Below, one piece after another: positions 19,646 through 30,987 of a DNA stretch of 64,000 nucleotides. How positions within the stretch are numbered: position 1 is the stretch's first letter; each line of letters begins with the position of its first letter. A model generated the notes under the pieces. It worked only from the letters and a program-made list of their open reading frames with translations. It was not told where the DNA came from and did no database searches. This stretch comes from an uncultured bacterium. GTDB lineage: Bacteria > Electryoneota > RPQS01. A program made the translations under genes and the position numbers. The stretch spans positions 1,793 through 65,792 of the forward strand of contig CAVTJX010000017.1 of NCBI GenBank assembly GCA_963735175.1. Direction: 5' to 3'.

Positions 19646-20242
19646 TTGATTCCCGGATTCAATCTTGCCAACAAGCTCACGTTGTCGCGGCTGGTGCTGG
19701 GGCCGTTGTTTCTGGTCGCTTACCTGAGTGAGTGGCGTTGGTCGGTGGAGACGGCGCTGTTCGTGGCGATCCTGATCGAAGCTTCGGACGTGGCGGACGG
19801 AATCGCCGCCCGCGCACGCAAGCAAGTGTCGGACGTCGGCAAGCTGCTCGACCCGATGAGCGATTCGATTTCGCGGCTTTCGTATTACATCGGGTTTCTG
19901 GCAACCGGGCTGGCCTCGGCCTGGATGATTGTGATCCTTCTTTACCGTGATGTGCTGGTCTCGTACCTGCGCGTCTTCTCGGCGCTCTCGGGCGTGGCAA
20001 TGGGACGGCGCACCTCCGGCAAGTGGAAGGGCATTTTACAGGGCGCAGTATCGCTGACCGTGCTGGCGTTGCTGGTTGTCGATCGCAATCTGCCCCACGA
20101 CATTTTCCAGATTCCACAGGTCCACCGGATCATCTACTGGCTGCTGGTGTTCGTAACGGGTTACACGGTATTTTCGGGATTCGAATACCTCAAGGGCAAT
20201 AAGGAACTGCTGCTGGAGATCCGCCGGCGGGGCGCCGCGTGA
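19646..20242 (+). CDS. pgsA: CDP-alcohol phosphatidyltransferase (likely phosphatidylglycerophosphate synthase)
   Basis: NLANKLTLSRL...DVADGIAARARKQVSDVGKLLDPMSDSISR fits the DGx2ARx8Gx3Dx3D motif. TTG start after GGGGAG. Confidence 0.85.
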   Translation: MIPGFNLANKLTLSRLVLGPLFLVAYLSEWRWSVETALFVAILIEASDVADGIAARARKQVSDVGKLLDPMSDSISRLSYYIGFLATGLASAWMIVILLYRDVLVSYLRVFSALSGVAMGRRTSGKWKGILQGAVSLTVLALLVVDRNLPHDIFQIPQVHRIIYWLLVFVTGYTVFSGFEYLKGNKELLLEIRRRGAA

Positions 20243-20758
20243 GCCGTTGGCACTGGCCGGAAACGGCCGTGGTGACCGTACTCTATACGGGCTATCTCCC
20301 CGATCGCGCCGGGCACAGTAGCTTCGGCCGCAACGTGCGCGATCCTCTGGTTTGCGCCGCCGCTGCTGCGCTGGCCGTGGGCGCTGCTGCTGATTCCCGT
20401 GACGCTGTGGGGCGTATATCTTTCGACCCGCGCCTGCGACCATTTCAAGGTCGTGCAAAATTCGCCGTTCGCAAAGCTGCGCCGGCCCAATCCACACGAA
20501 GGCGATCCCGACCAGGTGGTGTTCGACGAATTCGTCGGGCAGTGGATCACGCTGCTCGCGGCTTCGCACAACGTGCTGAGCTTTCTCGGCGCGTTCCTCG
20601 TGTTCAGGCTTTTCGACATCGTAAAGCCGCTGGGTGTGAACGAGGTGCAGAAGCTGCGGGGCGGCTGGGGCATAATGCTGGACGACGTGTTGGCGGGAGT
20701 CTGGGGCGCAATTTTAATTGGACTCGTCCAGCGACTGGCGACGTACCTGTTTTCGTGA
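20239..20758 (+). CDS. pgpA: Phosphatidylglycerophosphatase A, +1 break at ~20299 (CTC-C-CCG)
   Basis: MSRWHWPETAVVTVLYTGYL|PIAPGTVASAATCAILWF...DPDQVVFDEFVGQW...FRLFDIVKP...GWGIMLDDVLAG. The GTG overlaps the pgsA stop. Confidence 0.8.
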
Positions 20759-20784
20759 CGGCAGAGGACAAACAGCCATCGGTT

Positions 20785-22035
20785 ATGTAAGCGAGATTCT
20801 GAGTATCGGCGACGAGGTGCTGCGCGGCGACATCGTCAACGGCAACGCGGCGCATATTGCCCGTGCGCTGTCGGCGATCGGTCTTCCGCCGCGCTACGCG
20901 AGCGTAATTCCCGACGATGCGGCGGCGATTCAAACCGCCATCGCCATCGCGCTGGACCGCGCGCACGTCGTAATCCTCACCGGCGGCCTCGGGCCGACGC
21001 CTGACGATCTGACGCGCGACGCGGTGGCGGACTACTTTCACCTGCCGCTGCAGGAAGACCCGGAACTGTTGGCGCACGTCGAGGCGCTGTTCCGCTCGCG
21101 CGGGGCGACGATGCCCGCAACTTCGCGCAACCAGGCATTATTCCCGAATGGCGCGCGCAAGATTCCCAACCCGCATGGCACCGCTACGGGGATCCACGTG
21201 GAGCGTGACGGGCGGCATTTGTTTTCGCTGCCGGGGGTGCCGGTGGAAATGCGGCAGATGACGGACGACTATATCGTGCCGCTCTTGCGCGCCGCTTTCC
21301 CCGACGCGTGCGTGCTGACGCGGACGCTGCGCCTGGCGGGAATCGGCGAATCGCTGGTGTTGCAACAGATTGGTGCGGAACTCGCGGAGATCGACCGTTA
21401 TGTGTCGCTGGCCTACCTGCCGCATCACGGTCTTTTGGATCTGCGGCTGACGGCGCGCACCGGCGAAACGCACGAAGCCGAGGCACAGATTGCGCACGCG
21501 GAGGCTGTGATCCGCCAGCGCATCGGCGCGCATGTCTATGCGACGGGAACCACTACGCTTTGCGAAGCCATGGGGAATGTGCTCGTCAATCGCGGGCAAC
21601 TGCTGGCGGTGGCGGAGAAGCTGCTCGGGCGGACTGGTGGCGGATATGATTACCGACACGCCAGGCTCTTCTCGCTGGTTCGAGCGCGGTTGGGTGACCT
21701 ATTCGAACGCCGCCAAGGCGCAGAATCTGGGCGTGCCGCGCGAGTTACTCGACACTCACGGCGCGGTCTCGGAACCGGTGGCGAAGGCGATGGCGGAGGG
21801 CGCGCGGATGCAGGCGGGTACGCACTGGGGTTTGGCCACGACCGGAATCGCCGGACCCGATGGCGGCACAGACGCGAAACCCGTGGGCACGGTGTGGATC
21901 GCCATCGCCTCGCCCGCGCAGACAACGGCGCGGCGGCTGCAATTATCGGGACTGCGGGAAACGATCAAGCTGCGCACGGCGCACTGCGCGCTCTATCTGC
22001 TTTTTCAGCGGCTGATGGACGAAATCGCGACGTGA
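20785..22035 (+). CDS. cinA: CinA (MoCF-binding domain plus nicotinamide-nucleotide amidase PncC domain), +1 break ~21612; a probable indel right after the ATG
   Basis: SEILSIGDEVLRGDIVNGNAAHIA...LTGGLGPTPDDLT...LLAVAE|SCSGGLVADMITDTPGSSRWFERGWVTYSN...GIAGPDGG... (ORF 20718.. then ORF 21532..22035). Confidence 0.8.
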
Positions 22036-22589
22036 GACTGTTCATCGCTATTGATCTTCCCGAAACATGGAAACAGGTGCTGGCGCTGCCGGAAGCGAGC
22101 ATCGGCTGGCTGGGGCACGGCGTGAAATGGGTGGAACCGCGCGGCATGCACCTGACGCTAAAGTTTCTGGGCGAGGTCGAGGAATCGCAGTTGGCCGAAG
22201 TCACAGCGGGGATCACGCGGGCGTGCGCGGGCTGTCCGGTCTTTCCGATGCAGATTCACGGCACGGGGGCGTTTCCCAATTCCAGACGGCCGCGGGTCTA
22301 CTGGGCGGGCCTCGTTTCGCCACCGACGCTGCTGGAACTTCAGGCACGGCTGGAAAGTGAAATGGACGCGCTGGGATTTCCCCGCGACGAACACACTTTC
22401 CGTCCGCATCTCACCCTCGCGCGCATCAAAGAACCGATCGGCAAGGATCGCATGACGGAAGCGCTGTTGAACTTCCGTCTCGAAGGTGATCCGATCCAGG
22501 TTACCGAGGTGCTGCTCATGCAGAGCCACCTCTATCCCGGCGGGGCGCGCTACGAAGCAATCGGCCGCTTTCCGTTGGAAACTTCATAG
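22032..22589 (+). CDS. thpR: RNA 2',3'-cyclic phosphodiesterase (2H family, LigT/ThpR)
   Basis: VRLFIAIDLPE...HLTLKFLGE...HLTLARIKE (two HxTx motifs). The GTG overlaps the cinA TGA. The track fuses it artificially into ORF 20718..22589. Confidence 0.85.
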   Translation: MRLFIAIDLPETWKQVLALPEASIGWLGHGVKWVEPRGMHLTLKFLGEVEESQLAEVTAGITRACAGCPVFPMQIHGTGAFPNSRRPRVYWAGLVSPPTLLELQARLESEMDALGFPRDEHTFRPHLTLARIKEPIGKDRMTEALLNFRLEGDPIQVTEVLLMQSHLYPGGARYEAIGRFPLETS

Positions 22590-22703
22590 AGCGCGCGCCG
22601 GCAGCGGCCGCGCGTTTGAACTCATCGCACTTCAGGCGCGGTGAACGGGCAATATAAGTGTTGCCCGTCCGCGGCGCCCGAACCTTATAGCAAAGGAAAT
22701 CCC

Positions 22704-23198
22704 GTGGCCCGACAATCGTTTATTACGGAGATCGAAGTCAGTCGCGACAAGGTTTGGAACCTGCTTATCGATCCCAAGGAATTCGCCTTTTGGGCGCCCA
22801 ATGTCCGCGAGCTGACGATGGAGCCCAACCAAATGGCCGTTGACTCGATCCGCCGTTTCCGGCTGGACGTGAGCGGCAAGATTGAGACTCTCGAGACCCG
22901 CATCACGCATGTCATCGACGGCGAAATGTTTGCGGAGATTCCCGTGGGCGGCTCGCTCAAGCTTCATGAAAAGGTTGAGCATCTGAAAATGGTCTACCGA
23001 CTTGAAGACGTGGACGCCAAGTCGTGCAGTTTGACATTCAATATTGACTGGGAGATGAAGGGATTCTTGAACAAGATGCTGGAAAAGGTCGTGATGGGGG
23101 CGTTTACATCCAATCTCCGGCTTCTGGTTCGAGCGTTTGAAAACCTATGCCGAAACCGGACGGCCCGTCTAATCCTTCACTCACAAATACCGATTTAA
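22704..23198 (+). CDS. SRPBCC (START/polyketide-cyclase-like) family protein, lower GC (~50%)
   Basis: GTG after [42 protein letters not shown]... is typical of an SRPBCC N-terminus. Confidence 0.5.
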   Translation: MARQSFITEIEVSRDKVWNLLIDPKEFAFWAPNVRELTMEPNQMAVDSIRRFRLDVSGKIETLETRITHVIDGEMFAEIPVGGSLKLHEKVEHLKMVYRLEDVDAKSCSLTFNIDWEMKGFLNKMLEKVVMGAFTSNLRLLVRAFENLCRNRTARLILHSQIPI

Positions 23199-23214
23199 CT
23201 TGCGAGTTCCATCG

Positions 23215-24288
23215 ATGAGCAAAGAGACCGACGACAAAAAGAAGAACCTCGACATCGCGCTGCAACAGATCGACAAGCAGTACGGCAAGGGTTCGATTAT
23301 GCGCCTCGGCGATAACGGGCCGATCCAGAAAGTCGAGACGATTTCCACCGGCTCGCTGTCGCTCGACAACGCGCTGGGCGTGGGCGGCGTGCCGCGCGGG
23401 CGGGTGATCGAGATCTACGGTCCCGAATCGTCGGGCAAGACGACACTGGCACTGTCGATTATCGCGCAGGCACAGAAGACCGGCGGCAGCGCCGCGATCA
23501 TCGACGCCGAACACGCCCTCGATCCGAACTACGCCCGGGCGCTGGGCGTGAACATCGACGATCTGCTGGTGAGCCAGCCCGACACGGGCGAGCAGGCGCT
23601 GGAGATCGCGGAAATGCTGGTGCGCTCGGGCGCGCTGGACGTCGTGGTGGTGGACTCGGTGGCGGCGCTGGTGCCCAAGGCCGAGATCGAAGGCGAGATG
23701 GGCGACGCCCTGCCCGGTTTGCAGGCACGCTTAATGAGCCAGGCACTGCGCAAGCTGACGGCGGTGGTAGCGCGTTCGAACACGAGCTTGGTGTTCATCA
23801 ACCAGCTCCGCATGAAAATCGGCGTGATGTTCGGCAATCCCGAAACCACGACGGGCGGCAACGCGCTCAAGTTCTACGCCACGGTGCGCATGGACATCCG
23901 CCGCATCGCCAGTCTGAAGGACGGCGATTCGGTGATCGGCAACCGCACGCGCGTGAAGGTCGTGAAGAATAAACTGGCGGCGCCGTTCCGCGAAGCGGAA
24001 TTCGACATTATTTACGGGCGCGGCATCGACCATACAGGCGACGTGCTGGATCTGTCGGCGCAGCTCGGCGTCGTCTCCAAGAGCGGCACATGGTACAGCT
24101 TCGGCGAGGACCGGCTGGGCCAGGGCAAGGAGCGCGTGTGTGAACTGCTGAACGAGAATCCGGAAATGCTGGAGCGGATCGAGCGCGCCGTGCGTCAGGA
24201 ACTTGGCTATACGGCCGTGGAAGCGCCGGCGGAAGCCGCAGCCGCCCCGGCGGAAGCGAAACCCCGCGGCAAGAAAGCCGCCGTTTAA
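23215..24288 (+). CDS. recA: Recombinase A
   Basis: [21 protein letters not shown]...[15 protein letters not shown]...[29 protein letters not shown]; intact. Confidence 0.97.
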   Translation: MSKETDDKKKNLDIALQQIDKQYGKGSIMRLGDNGPIQKVETISTGSLSLDNALGVGGVPRGRVIEIYGPESSGKTTLALSIIAQAQKTGGSAAIIDAEHALDPNYARALGVNIDDLLVSQPDTGEQALEIAEMLVRSGALDVVVVDSVAALVPKAEIEGEMGDALPGLQARLMSQALRKLTAVVARSNTSLVFINQLRMKIGVMFGNPETTTGGNALKFYATVRMDIRRIASLKDGDSVIGNRTRVKVVKNKLAAPFREAEFDIIYGRGIDHTGDVLDLSAQLGVVSKSGTWYSFGEDRLGQGKERVCELLNENPEMLERIERAVRQELGYTAVEAPAEAAAAPAEAKPRGKKAAV

Positions 24289-24301
24289 CCGCGAGCATCC
24301 G

Positions 24302-24927
24302 ATGCGCATCGGTTGGATCCGTAGTCTGATTCTGGTCGTAGGGTTCATGACCGTCATCTTGCCCGCACGCGCACATCAACTCGTGCTGACGACGGGTTAC
24401 GCCAACTCAGGTACGCCGGACGTAGGCCGGAACATCGACACTCACCATCGTCCTTTCGGCGCGGGCGGAGGGTATGCCGTGGCGATGCGGACGGACATCT
24501 TACGCGCCGCGCAGTCCCATCTGGTGGGGGCCGCAGTTCCTTTACTGGAACAACCTCACCGGCGACCCGTATCAGAGTATCGACGCGACCTATTTCCAGA
24601 TGGAAGTCGGGGGCAGGATTTCGGTGCACTCACGCCACTTCGGAACCGACGCTGTACGCGGGCGGCGGGCTCGGTTATTCGGTGGCGCATGGTGAGAACA
24701 AGTCACTGCTTGATGGTTCCAAGCAGACCTTCGACGGCGATTTTCCGACTGCCTCACTGCATATCGGCGCGAAAACGCGTCCGACGCCGGACCTTACGCT
24801 GCTGGCCGAAGGCTCCTATCATTTCGGACTGGACCATCCGGACCGGCGCTTGTCGGTTGGTCCGGCCAGCGCGTGGCTGATTCAGATCGGTGTGGGCTTT
24901 GACATCCTCGGTGGGATCGGCCGGTGA
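24302..24927 (+). CDS. Small outer-membrane beta-barrel-like protein, two +1 breaks (~24495, ~24640)
   Basis: Signal peptide MRIGWIRSLILVVGFMTVILPARAHQ. Alternating beta-like segments run across three frames and end ...AWLIQIGVGFDILGGIGR*. Confidence 0.4.
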
Positions 24928-25430
24928 ATGAGGGCCGGCCGCAACGCTCCCGGCCGAAAATCAACGCCCTGCAATACTCCGTGCGGCTGCTTTCAACTCG
25001 CGCCTATTCCGAAAACAAACTGCGCGAGAAGCTTGCCTTGCGGCAGTACACACCGGAAGAAATCGCGGCGGCGGTCTCGCGTCTGAAAGCCGAGAAGTTA
25101 GTGGACGACCGCCGCTTCATGGAAGAATTTATCCGCGCGCGGCTGGCGTCGCGGCCCCGCACGGGGGCGGCGCTGGTGCGCGATCTGATTCTGCGCGGCA
25201 TTCCGCGAAAGCCGGCGCAGGAGGCCGTGAAGGAACTCGCGTCGCAGGAGAATGAATTGCCGCTGGCACTCGAGGTCGTGCGCCGCAAACAGGTAGCGTA
25301 CGCCGCCCTGGACGAGCAGACTCGCTACCGCCGGTTGGCGTCGCTGCTGGCGCGGCGCGGCTTCTCTTACGCCACGATTCAAAAAGTATTACGACTCGAT
25401 CCCGATCAATTGCCGGCGGACGGAGAATAA
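24924..25430 (+). CDS. recX: RecA regulator RecX
   Basis: ALQYSVRLLSTRAYSENKLREKLALRQYTPEEIAAAVSRLKAEKLVDDRRFMEEFIRARL. GTGA overlap with the upstream gene; located downstream of recA. Confidence 0.85.
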   Translation: MNEGRPQRSRPKINALQYSVRLLSTRAYSENKLREKLALRQYTPEEIAAAVSRLKAEKLVDDRRFMEEFIRARLASRPRTGAALVRDLILRGIPRKPAQEAVKELASQENELPLALEVVRRKQVAYAALDEQTRYRRLASLLARRGFSYATIQKVLRLDPDQLPADGE

Positions 25431-25458
25431 GCGCAGCCTCACGCGGGTGAGGCTGCGC
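25431..25458 (+). terminator. Perfect 12-bp hairpin after recX (no T-tract)
   Basis: GCGCAGCCTCAC-gcgg-GTGAGGCTGCGC. Confidence 0.5.
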
Positions 25459-25502
25459 CGCATTATCCAGACCGCCGATACAATCCAAGCCCTATGTACG
25501 CC

Positions 25503-28161
25503 ATGACTTCTTCCGAAATTCGCCGCTTGTTTCTTCGAATTCTTCCGCGAACGCGGGCACACCATCGTCCCTTCCGCCCCGGTCGTTCCGCAGGACGATC
25601 CCACGCTGCTGTTCACGAACGCCGGCATGAACCAGTTCAAGCCGATTTTCCTCGGCCGCGAGAAACCGGATTTCGTGCGCGCCGCCGACACGCAGAAATG
25701 CGTGCGCGTTTCGGGCAAGCACAACGATCTGGAAGAGGTCGGCGTCTCCCCCTACCATCATACGTTCTTCGAGATGCTGGGCAACTGGAGCTTCGGCGAT
25801 TATTTCAAGAAAGAGGCGATCGTCTGGGGATGGGAGCTTTTGACGCAAGTCTACAAGCTGCCGAAGGACAAGCTTTACGCCTCGGTGTACGAAACCGATG
25901 ACGAGGCCGAGGCGCTGTGGAAGAGCGAAACGGATATCGATCCCACGCACGTGCTGCGCTTCGGCAAGAAGGACAACTTCTGGAGCATGGGCGATACCGG
26001 CCCTTGCGGGCCGTGCAGCGAACTGCACATCGACCGCGGGCCAGAGTATGATTCCGATCCGGCGGCCTTCGTCAACACCGGCTCGCCGCGCTACATCGAG
26101 CTGTGGAACCTGGTGTTCATCCAGTACGATGCGCAGAAGGACGGCACGTTGATCCCACTGCCGGCGCGGCATGTGGACACGGGGGCGGGCCTCGAGCGCA
26201 TCACGACGGTGCTGAACAAGCTGCGCTCCAACTATGACACAGACCTGTTTCAGCCGATCATCCAGGCGGTGGCGGAGATGAGCGGCCACCCGTATCACCA
26301 CGACGAGCGGGGTATCCCCCACCGGGTGATCGCGGACCATCTGCGCTGCCTGTCGTTCGCCGTGGCCGACGGGGCGATGCCGGGCAACGAAGGGCGCGGC
26401 TACGTGCTGCGGCGGATTTTACGGCGGGCGGCCCGCTTCGGACGCAAGTTGGAAATGCACGAGCCGTTCATTTACAAGCTGGTGCCGGTGCTCGTCGATA
26501 CGATGGGCGGGGTCTTTCCCGAACTGAAGGAGCGCCACGCATTCGTGACGAGCGTCTTGAAATCCGAGGAAGAGCATTTCGGCAAGACGCTGGACCGCGG
26601 CCTCGAATACTACGACAAGGCGAAGAGCCGCGCACAGGCGGGCGCGATTTCCGGCAAGGACGCCTTCATGCTGCACGACACCTACGGCTTCCCGCTGGAC
26701 CTGACGCAGCTCATGGCACGCGAGGATGGACTGGACGTGGACGTGACTGAATTTGAAACTGCGATGCAGGAGCAGAAGACGCGGGCGCGGGCGAGCGGTT
26801 CGTTCAAGAACGACGTCGCGAGAACGGCGCCGGACCTTGAACTGGCGCCGGCGGAATTCGTGGGGTACGACCGCTGGGACGTCGCTTCGGACGTGGAGTT
26901 GCTGGGCTTCGACGAGCGCACGAACGAGCTGCTGGTTTCGGCGCGCGTCACGCCGTTCTACGCCGAATCCGGCGGACAGGTGGCAGACCAGGGCGTGATC
27001 ACGCTGAACGACAACGGTCGCTCGGGTATTCACCTGCACGTGCGCGGCGTGGAGCGCAAGGGCGCGGGCATCCTGCACCGGGTGGTGGCGGAATCCGAGC
27101 ACATCACCGAATTGCTGAAGGCGGACATCACGCGGCTGCGCGGCAAGCTCATGCCGGCGCGGCTGGTGGTTGATCCCACGCGCCGCATTCCCACGCAGTA
27201 CAATCACACAGCCACGCACCTCCTGCAGGCGGCGCTCAGGCAGGTGCTGGGCGACCACGTGCATCAGCAAGGTTCGCTGGTGGCACCGGATTATCTGCGC
27301 TTCGATTACACGCATTTCCAGAAGCCAACAGCGGAGGAACTCGCGCGGATTGAAGAGATCGTCAATCATCACATCCGCGCGAACTATCCGGTTACGCCAC
27401 GGCAGACGACGCTGAAGGAAGCACAGGCACTGGGGGCAATGGCGCTGTTCGGCGAGAAGTACGGCGAGGACGTACGGCTGGTCGAGATCGGCACAGAGGA
27501 TCATTACATCTCGCGCGAACTCTGTGGCGGCTGCCATGTAACCCACACCGGCGACATCGGCGTATGTATCGTGAAAACCGAGACGAGCGTGGCGGCGGGC
27601 GTACGGCGCATCGAGGCGTTGACAGGCAGCCACGCGCTGCGCTATCTACTGGAGCGGCGCGACAAGGTCAACGAAATGACCGAAGTGCTGGTCAGCGAGG
27701 GCAGTGATCCGCTGGAAAAGCTGAAGAAGCTGCTCGATGAAAAGAAAAAGCTCGAGAAAGATCTCGAGCAGTTGCGCAGTAAGTCGGCGGTTTCACTCAT
27801 GCAAGACCTCGCTTCCAAAGCGGTGCCGGTGGGCCGGGCGAAGCTGGTGGCGGCGGAGGTTGACGCGCAAGATCTGGATCAGCTCAAGGAGACGGGCGAC
27901 GCGCTGCGCGAAGCGCTGGGCTCCGGCGTGGGAGTACTGACGGCGGTGTTCGACGGCAAGCCCGCGCTGGTGGTAGTGGTCACGCCCGACCTCGTGAAGC
28001 AGGGCGTGGACGCGGTGCCGATCGTCAAGGAGTTGGCGAAATTTTTACAAGGCGGCGGCGGCGGCAAGGCACACATCGCCACCGCGGGCGGCAAGAACGC
28101 GGCCGGCGTGAAAGATGTCCACGCCAACGCGCTGCCTGTCATCAGTAAATTCGTCCAGTGA
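25503..28161 (+). CDS. alaS: Alanine--tRNA ligase, +1 break at 25536 (TTT-CTT-C-GAA)
   Basis: MTSSEIRRLFL|EFFRERGHTIVPSAPVVPQDDPTLLFTNAGMNQFKPIFLG... then intact 844-aa ORF 25627..28161. Confidence 0.95.
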
Positions 28162-28195
28162 TCAACGGCTGTTTTTTGGGGAAGGATCCCACCGC

Positions 28196-28810
28196 ATGAA
28201 CGAGCCTTTAGCCACGAAGATTCCCGCAACGCTGACGCGCGCCATTCGTGAAACTGAAGAATTGTGCCGGCGGTTGCCGGAGATCGGTGGGACGCTGAGC
28301 GCCATCGCCGACCGCTGCGCCGAATCGCTGCGGCAGGGCGGCCGGTTATTCTTCTGCGGCAACGGCGGCTCGGCGGCGGAGAGCCAGCATCTGGCGACGG
28401 AGTTTGTGGTGCGGCTGTCGGCACAGCGCAACCGCGGCGCGCTCTCGGCTATCGCCCTCAGCACCGATACCAGTCTGCTCACGGCGTGTTCCAACGACTA
28501 CGGTTTCGATCAGGTTTTCGCGCGACAGGTGGAAGCGCACCTGAAAGCGGGCGACGTGCTGATTTTGCTCTCGACCTCGGGCCAGTCGCCGAATCTGATT
28601 AAGGCGGCGGAAGCGGCGCGGACACTGGGTGGCGTGGTCGTGGCGTTTGAAGGCGAAGCGGCAACGCCGCTGGACGCGCACGCGGATTTGGCGCTGCACA
28701 TTCCCTCGGCCGCGTCGCAGCGCGTGCAGGAAGGCCACCTGCTCTGCGGGCATCTGCTGGTGGAACTGATCGAGGACCGGCTCTTTGGTGAGGCTGGAGC
28801 GGCGCGATGA
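28196..28810 (+). CDS. gmhA: SIS-domain phosphoheptose isomerase (GmhA/DiaA family)
   Basis: GGRLFFCGNGGSAAESQHLATEFV...LSTDTSLLTACSNDYGFDQVFARQ...GDVLILLSTSGQSPN. Confidence 0.8.
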   Translation: MNEPLATKIPATLTRAIRETEELCRRLPEIGGTLSAIADRCAESLRQGGRLFFCGNGGSAAESQHLATEFVVRLSAQRNRGALSAIALSTDTSLLTACSNDYGFDQVFARQVEAHLKAGDVLILLSTSGQSPNLIKAAEAARTLGGVVVAFEGEAATPLDAHADLALHIPSAASQRVQEGHLLCGHLLVELIEDRLFGEAGAAR

Positions 28811-30888
28811 CGTTTTTGAACAGCGCGATCCTGGCCGCCCTGACGCTGGGGCTGCTGCCGATCCTGATTCACCTCTTAAACCGCCAGCGGTACAAGAAGG
28901 TGGACTTCCCCACTTTGCGCTTTTTGCATGAATTGCAGCGGCAGAAGATGCGGCAGGTGCGGATCCGGCAGATTATACTGCTGGCGCTGCGCACGCTGGC
29001 CGTGCTGTTTCTGGTACTGGCGCTGGCGCGGCCGGTCATGAAATCCACGGCGGGGATTCTGCCGGGCGTGGGCGCGCGCACAACGGCCGTCCTGATTCTC
29101 GATCGCTCGGCTTCGATGCGCACCGAGACCCCCGCGGGTACGCGTTTCCGGGAGGTGCAGACACGAGCGCAGGAGATTCTGAGTTCACTGGCCGACGGCG
29201 ACGAGGCGCAGATCATCTGGGCGGACGGCGACAACGAACGCTTTCCCGAAACGCCCACGACACAAATTCGCCTGGTCCGGGAAACGCTGGTGGATGCTGT
29301 ACCCACGCAGCGTGGCGGCAGTCTGGTGAAGGCGCTGCAACAGGCGCGGGAAATCGTGGGACAGTCGAAGAATCTGCACAAGGAAGTGTACGTACTCTCG
29401 GATTTCTCGGCCAGCGCCTGGCCCGACGAGATGCCGCAGACGGCATTATTGCCGTCTGACGTACGACTGTTTTTACTGCCAATCTATGGATCTTCGGCGC
29501 GCAATATCGGGATCACGGAGGCCACGGTCGTGTCGCGCATCATCACGCCCAACCGGCCAGTGACGGTGAACGTCGGCGTGCACAATAGCGGTGACACGCA
29601 GGCGGCGGACCGGATCATCAGCGTCTATGCGGGGGGACGGCGCGTGGCCCAAACGCGAGTGACGCTGGCCGCGGGCGAGACGCGCGAGTTGCAGATCCGC
29701 TTCGCGCCCGATTCGGCCGGCGACCAGGTCGGCTATGTGCGGGTGGAAGAGGCTGACGATTTTGCCGCCGATGATCAGCGCTTTTTCGTGCTGCGCGTAC
29801 CGTCGCGGCTGAACGTGGCCGTGGCCGGCGGCGAGGGCGCGGCGCGCACGCTGACGGCGCTGGCGCTGAATCCCGGCGCGGATCCGAATTTCTTTTTGAA
29901 CGTGCGCGAGTTGACAGCGGCGCAACTGGAAGGCGAGGACTGGTCGGCGCTGGATGCCATCGTGATTGTCGACGCCGCCCAGTTCAACAGCGGCTTCGGC
30001 GCGCGGCTGCGAAGTTTTGTGGAAGGCGGCAAGGGCGCGCTGGTGATTCCCGGGCCACAGGCGGCGGCGGCGGATTATACCGGCTGGCTTACAACACTGG
30101 GCCTCCCCGTACCAGGCGAAGCCTGGCAAAGCACGGGCGGCGCGGCGCGCTGGAACAATCTCGATTTGAAGCACCCGCTCTTCGAGGGTTTGTTTGAGGA
30201 CAAGCCCGCCAGTATCTCGCCCGAGATTTCGCGGCTCGTGCGCACCGCCGCCGGAGGCACGGCGACGGAAGTGATTTCGACGTCCATGGGCGCGCCGTTC
30301 TTGCTGGAGGCGAAAGTCGGGCGGGGACGCGCGCTGCTCATGACAAGTTCGCCCGATCCGGCTTGGTCGACCCTTTACCGCACGGGGATCTTTCCGCCAT
30401 TGATGGTGAGCAGTGCGGCCTACCTTGCAGGCGTCGGAACATCGGGCGCGGATTATCAAGTCACGGTGGGAACGCCGGCGCAGCTTGGATTTCCGGGAAC
30501 ACCGGGGGATCAGCCGTTTGAATTGCGTGGCGATCAGATCATCGCGCCAGCGGTGCAATCGGCGGCTGCGGGCTACCGGCTCGTGCTCTCCGGAATCAAC
30601 ACTGCGGGAGCCTACGAATTGTGGCAGGGCAGCCGGCGGGTAGCCGCGGTGGCGGTGAACATTCCGCCGAAGGAAACCCTGATCCAAGCGGCGCCGGAGG
30701 ACAGCTACAAGGACATCGTGGGCGGGCAGGTGATGTTTCTGGATGACCGCGCGAACGTGCAAAGCGCAATCAACGAAGGCCGTTTCGGGCGCGAGCTGTG
30801 GAAGCTGTGCTTATTCGTCGCCCTCGCCATGCTGCTGGCGGAGATGCTTCTCGGCCGGGTGGGCAAGCGCGAGGCGGCCGTGGCGTAA
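28807..30888 (+). CDS. BatA-domain (N-terminal double-TM aerotolerance domain) membrane protein with VWA-like region
   Basis: MTFLNSAILAALTLGLLPILIHLLNRQRYKKVDFPTLRFL...LILDRSASM; C-terminal TM; intact 693 aa. ATGA overlap with gmhA. Confidence 0.65.
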   Translation: MTFLNSAILAALTLGLLPILIHLLNRQRYKKVDFPTLRFLHELQRQKMRQVRIRQIILLALRTLAVLFLVLALARPVMKSTAGILPGVGARTTAVLILDRSASMRTETPAGTRFREVQTRAQEILSSLADGDEAQIIWADGDNERFPETPTTQIRLVRETLVDAVPTQRGGSLVKALQQAREIVGQSKNLHKEVYVLSDFSASAWPDEMPQTALLPSDVRLFLLPIYGSSARNIGITEATVVSRIITPNRPVTVNVGVHNSGDTQAADRIISVYAGGRRVAQTRVTLAAGETRELQIRFAPDSAGDQVGYVRVEEADDFAADDQRFFVLRVPSRLNVAVAGGEGAARTLTALALNPGADPNFFLNVRELTAAQLEGEDWSALDAIVIVDAAQFNSGFGARLRSFVEGGKGALVIPGPQAAAADYTGWLTTLGLPVPGEAWQSTGGAARWNNLDLKHPLFEGLFEDKPASISPEISRLVRTAAGGTATEVISTSMGAPFLLEAKVGRGRALLMTSSPDPAWSTLYRTGIFPPLMVSSAAYLAGVGTSGADYQVTVGTPAQLGFPGTPGDQPFELRGDQIIAPAVQSAAAGYRLVLSGINTAGAYELWQGSRRVAAVAVNIPPKETLIQAAPEDSYKDIVGGQVMFLDDRANVQSAINEGRFGRELWKLCLFVALAMLLAEMLLGRVGKREAAVA

Positions 30889-30907
30889 CAAAGCCGAAAT
30901 GAAAACT

Positions 30908-30945
30908 AAAGCGGGCTCTCCAAATGGAGCGCCCGCTTTTTATTT
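30908..30945. terminator. Bidirectional rho-independent terminator between convergent genes
   Basis: AAAGCGGGCTCTCC-aaat-GGAGCGCCCGCTTTTTATTT. Confidence 0.8.
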
Positions 30946-30987
30946 GAGCCCTGATCCCCGTATTGAGGCCGGGGGAGACCCGAACTC

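Noticed and set aside
20718-22589. Genuine CinA-ThpR fusion protein (623 aa)
   Set aside because: The middle ~140 residues are out-of-frame, Arg/Gly-rich sequence. The true PncC domain is in another frame (21532..22035), and thpR has its own GTG start overlapping the cinA stop.
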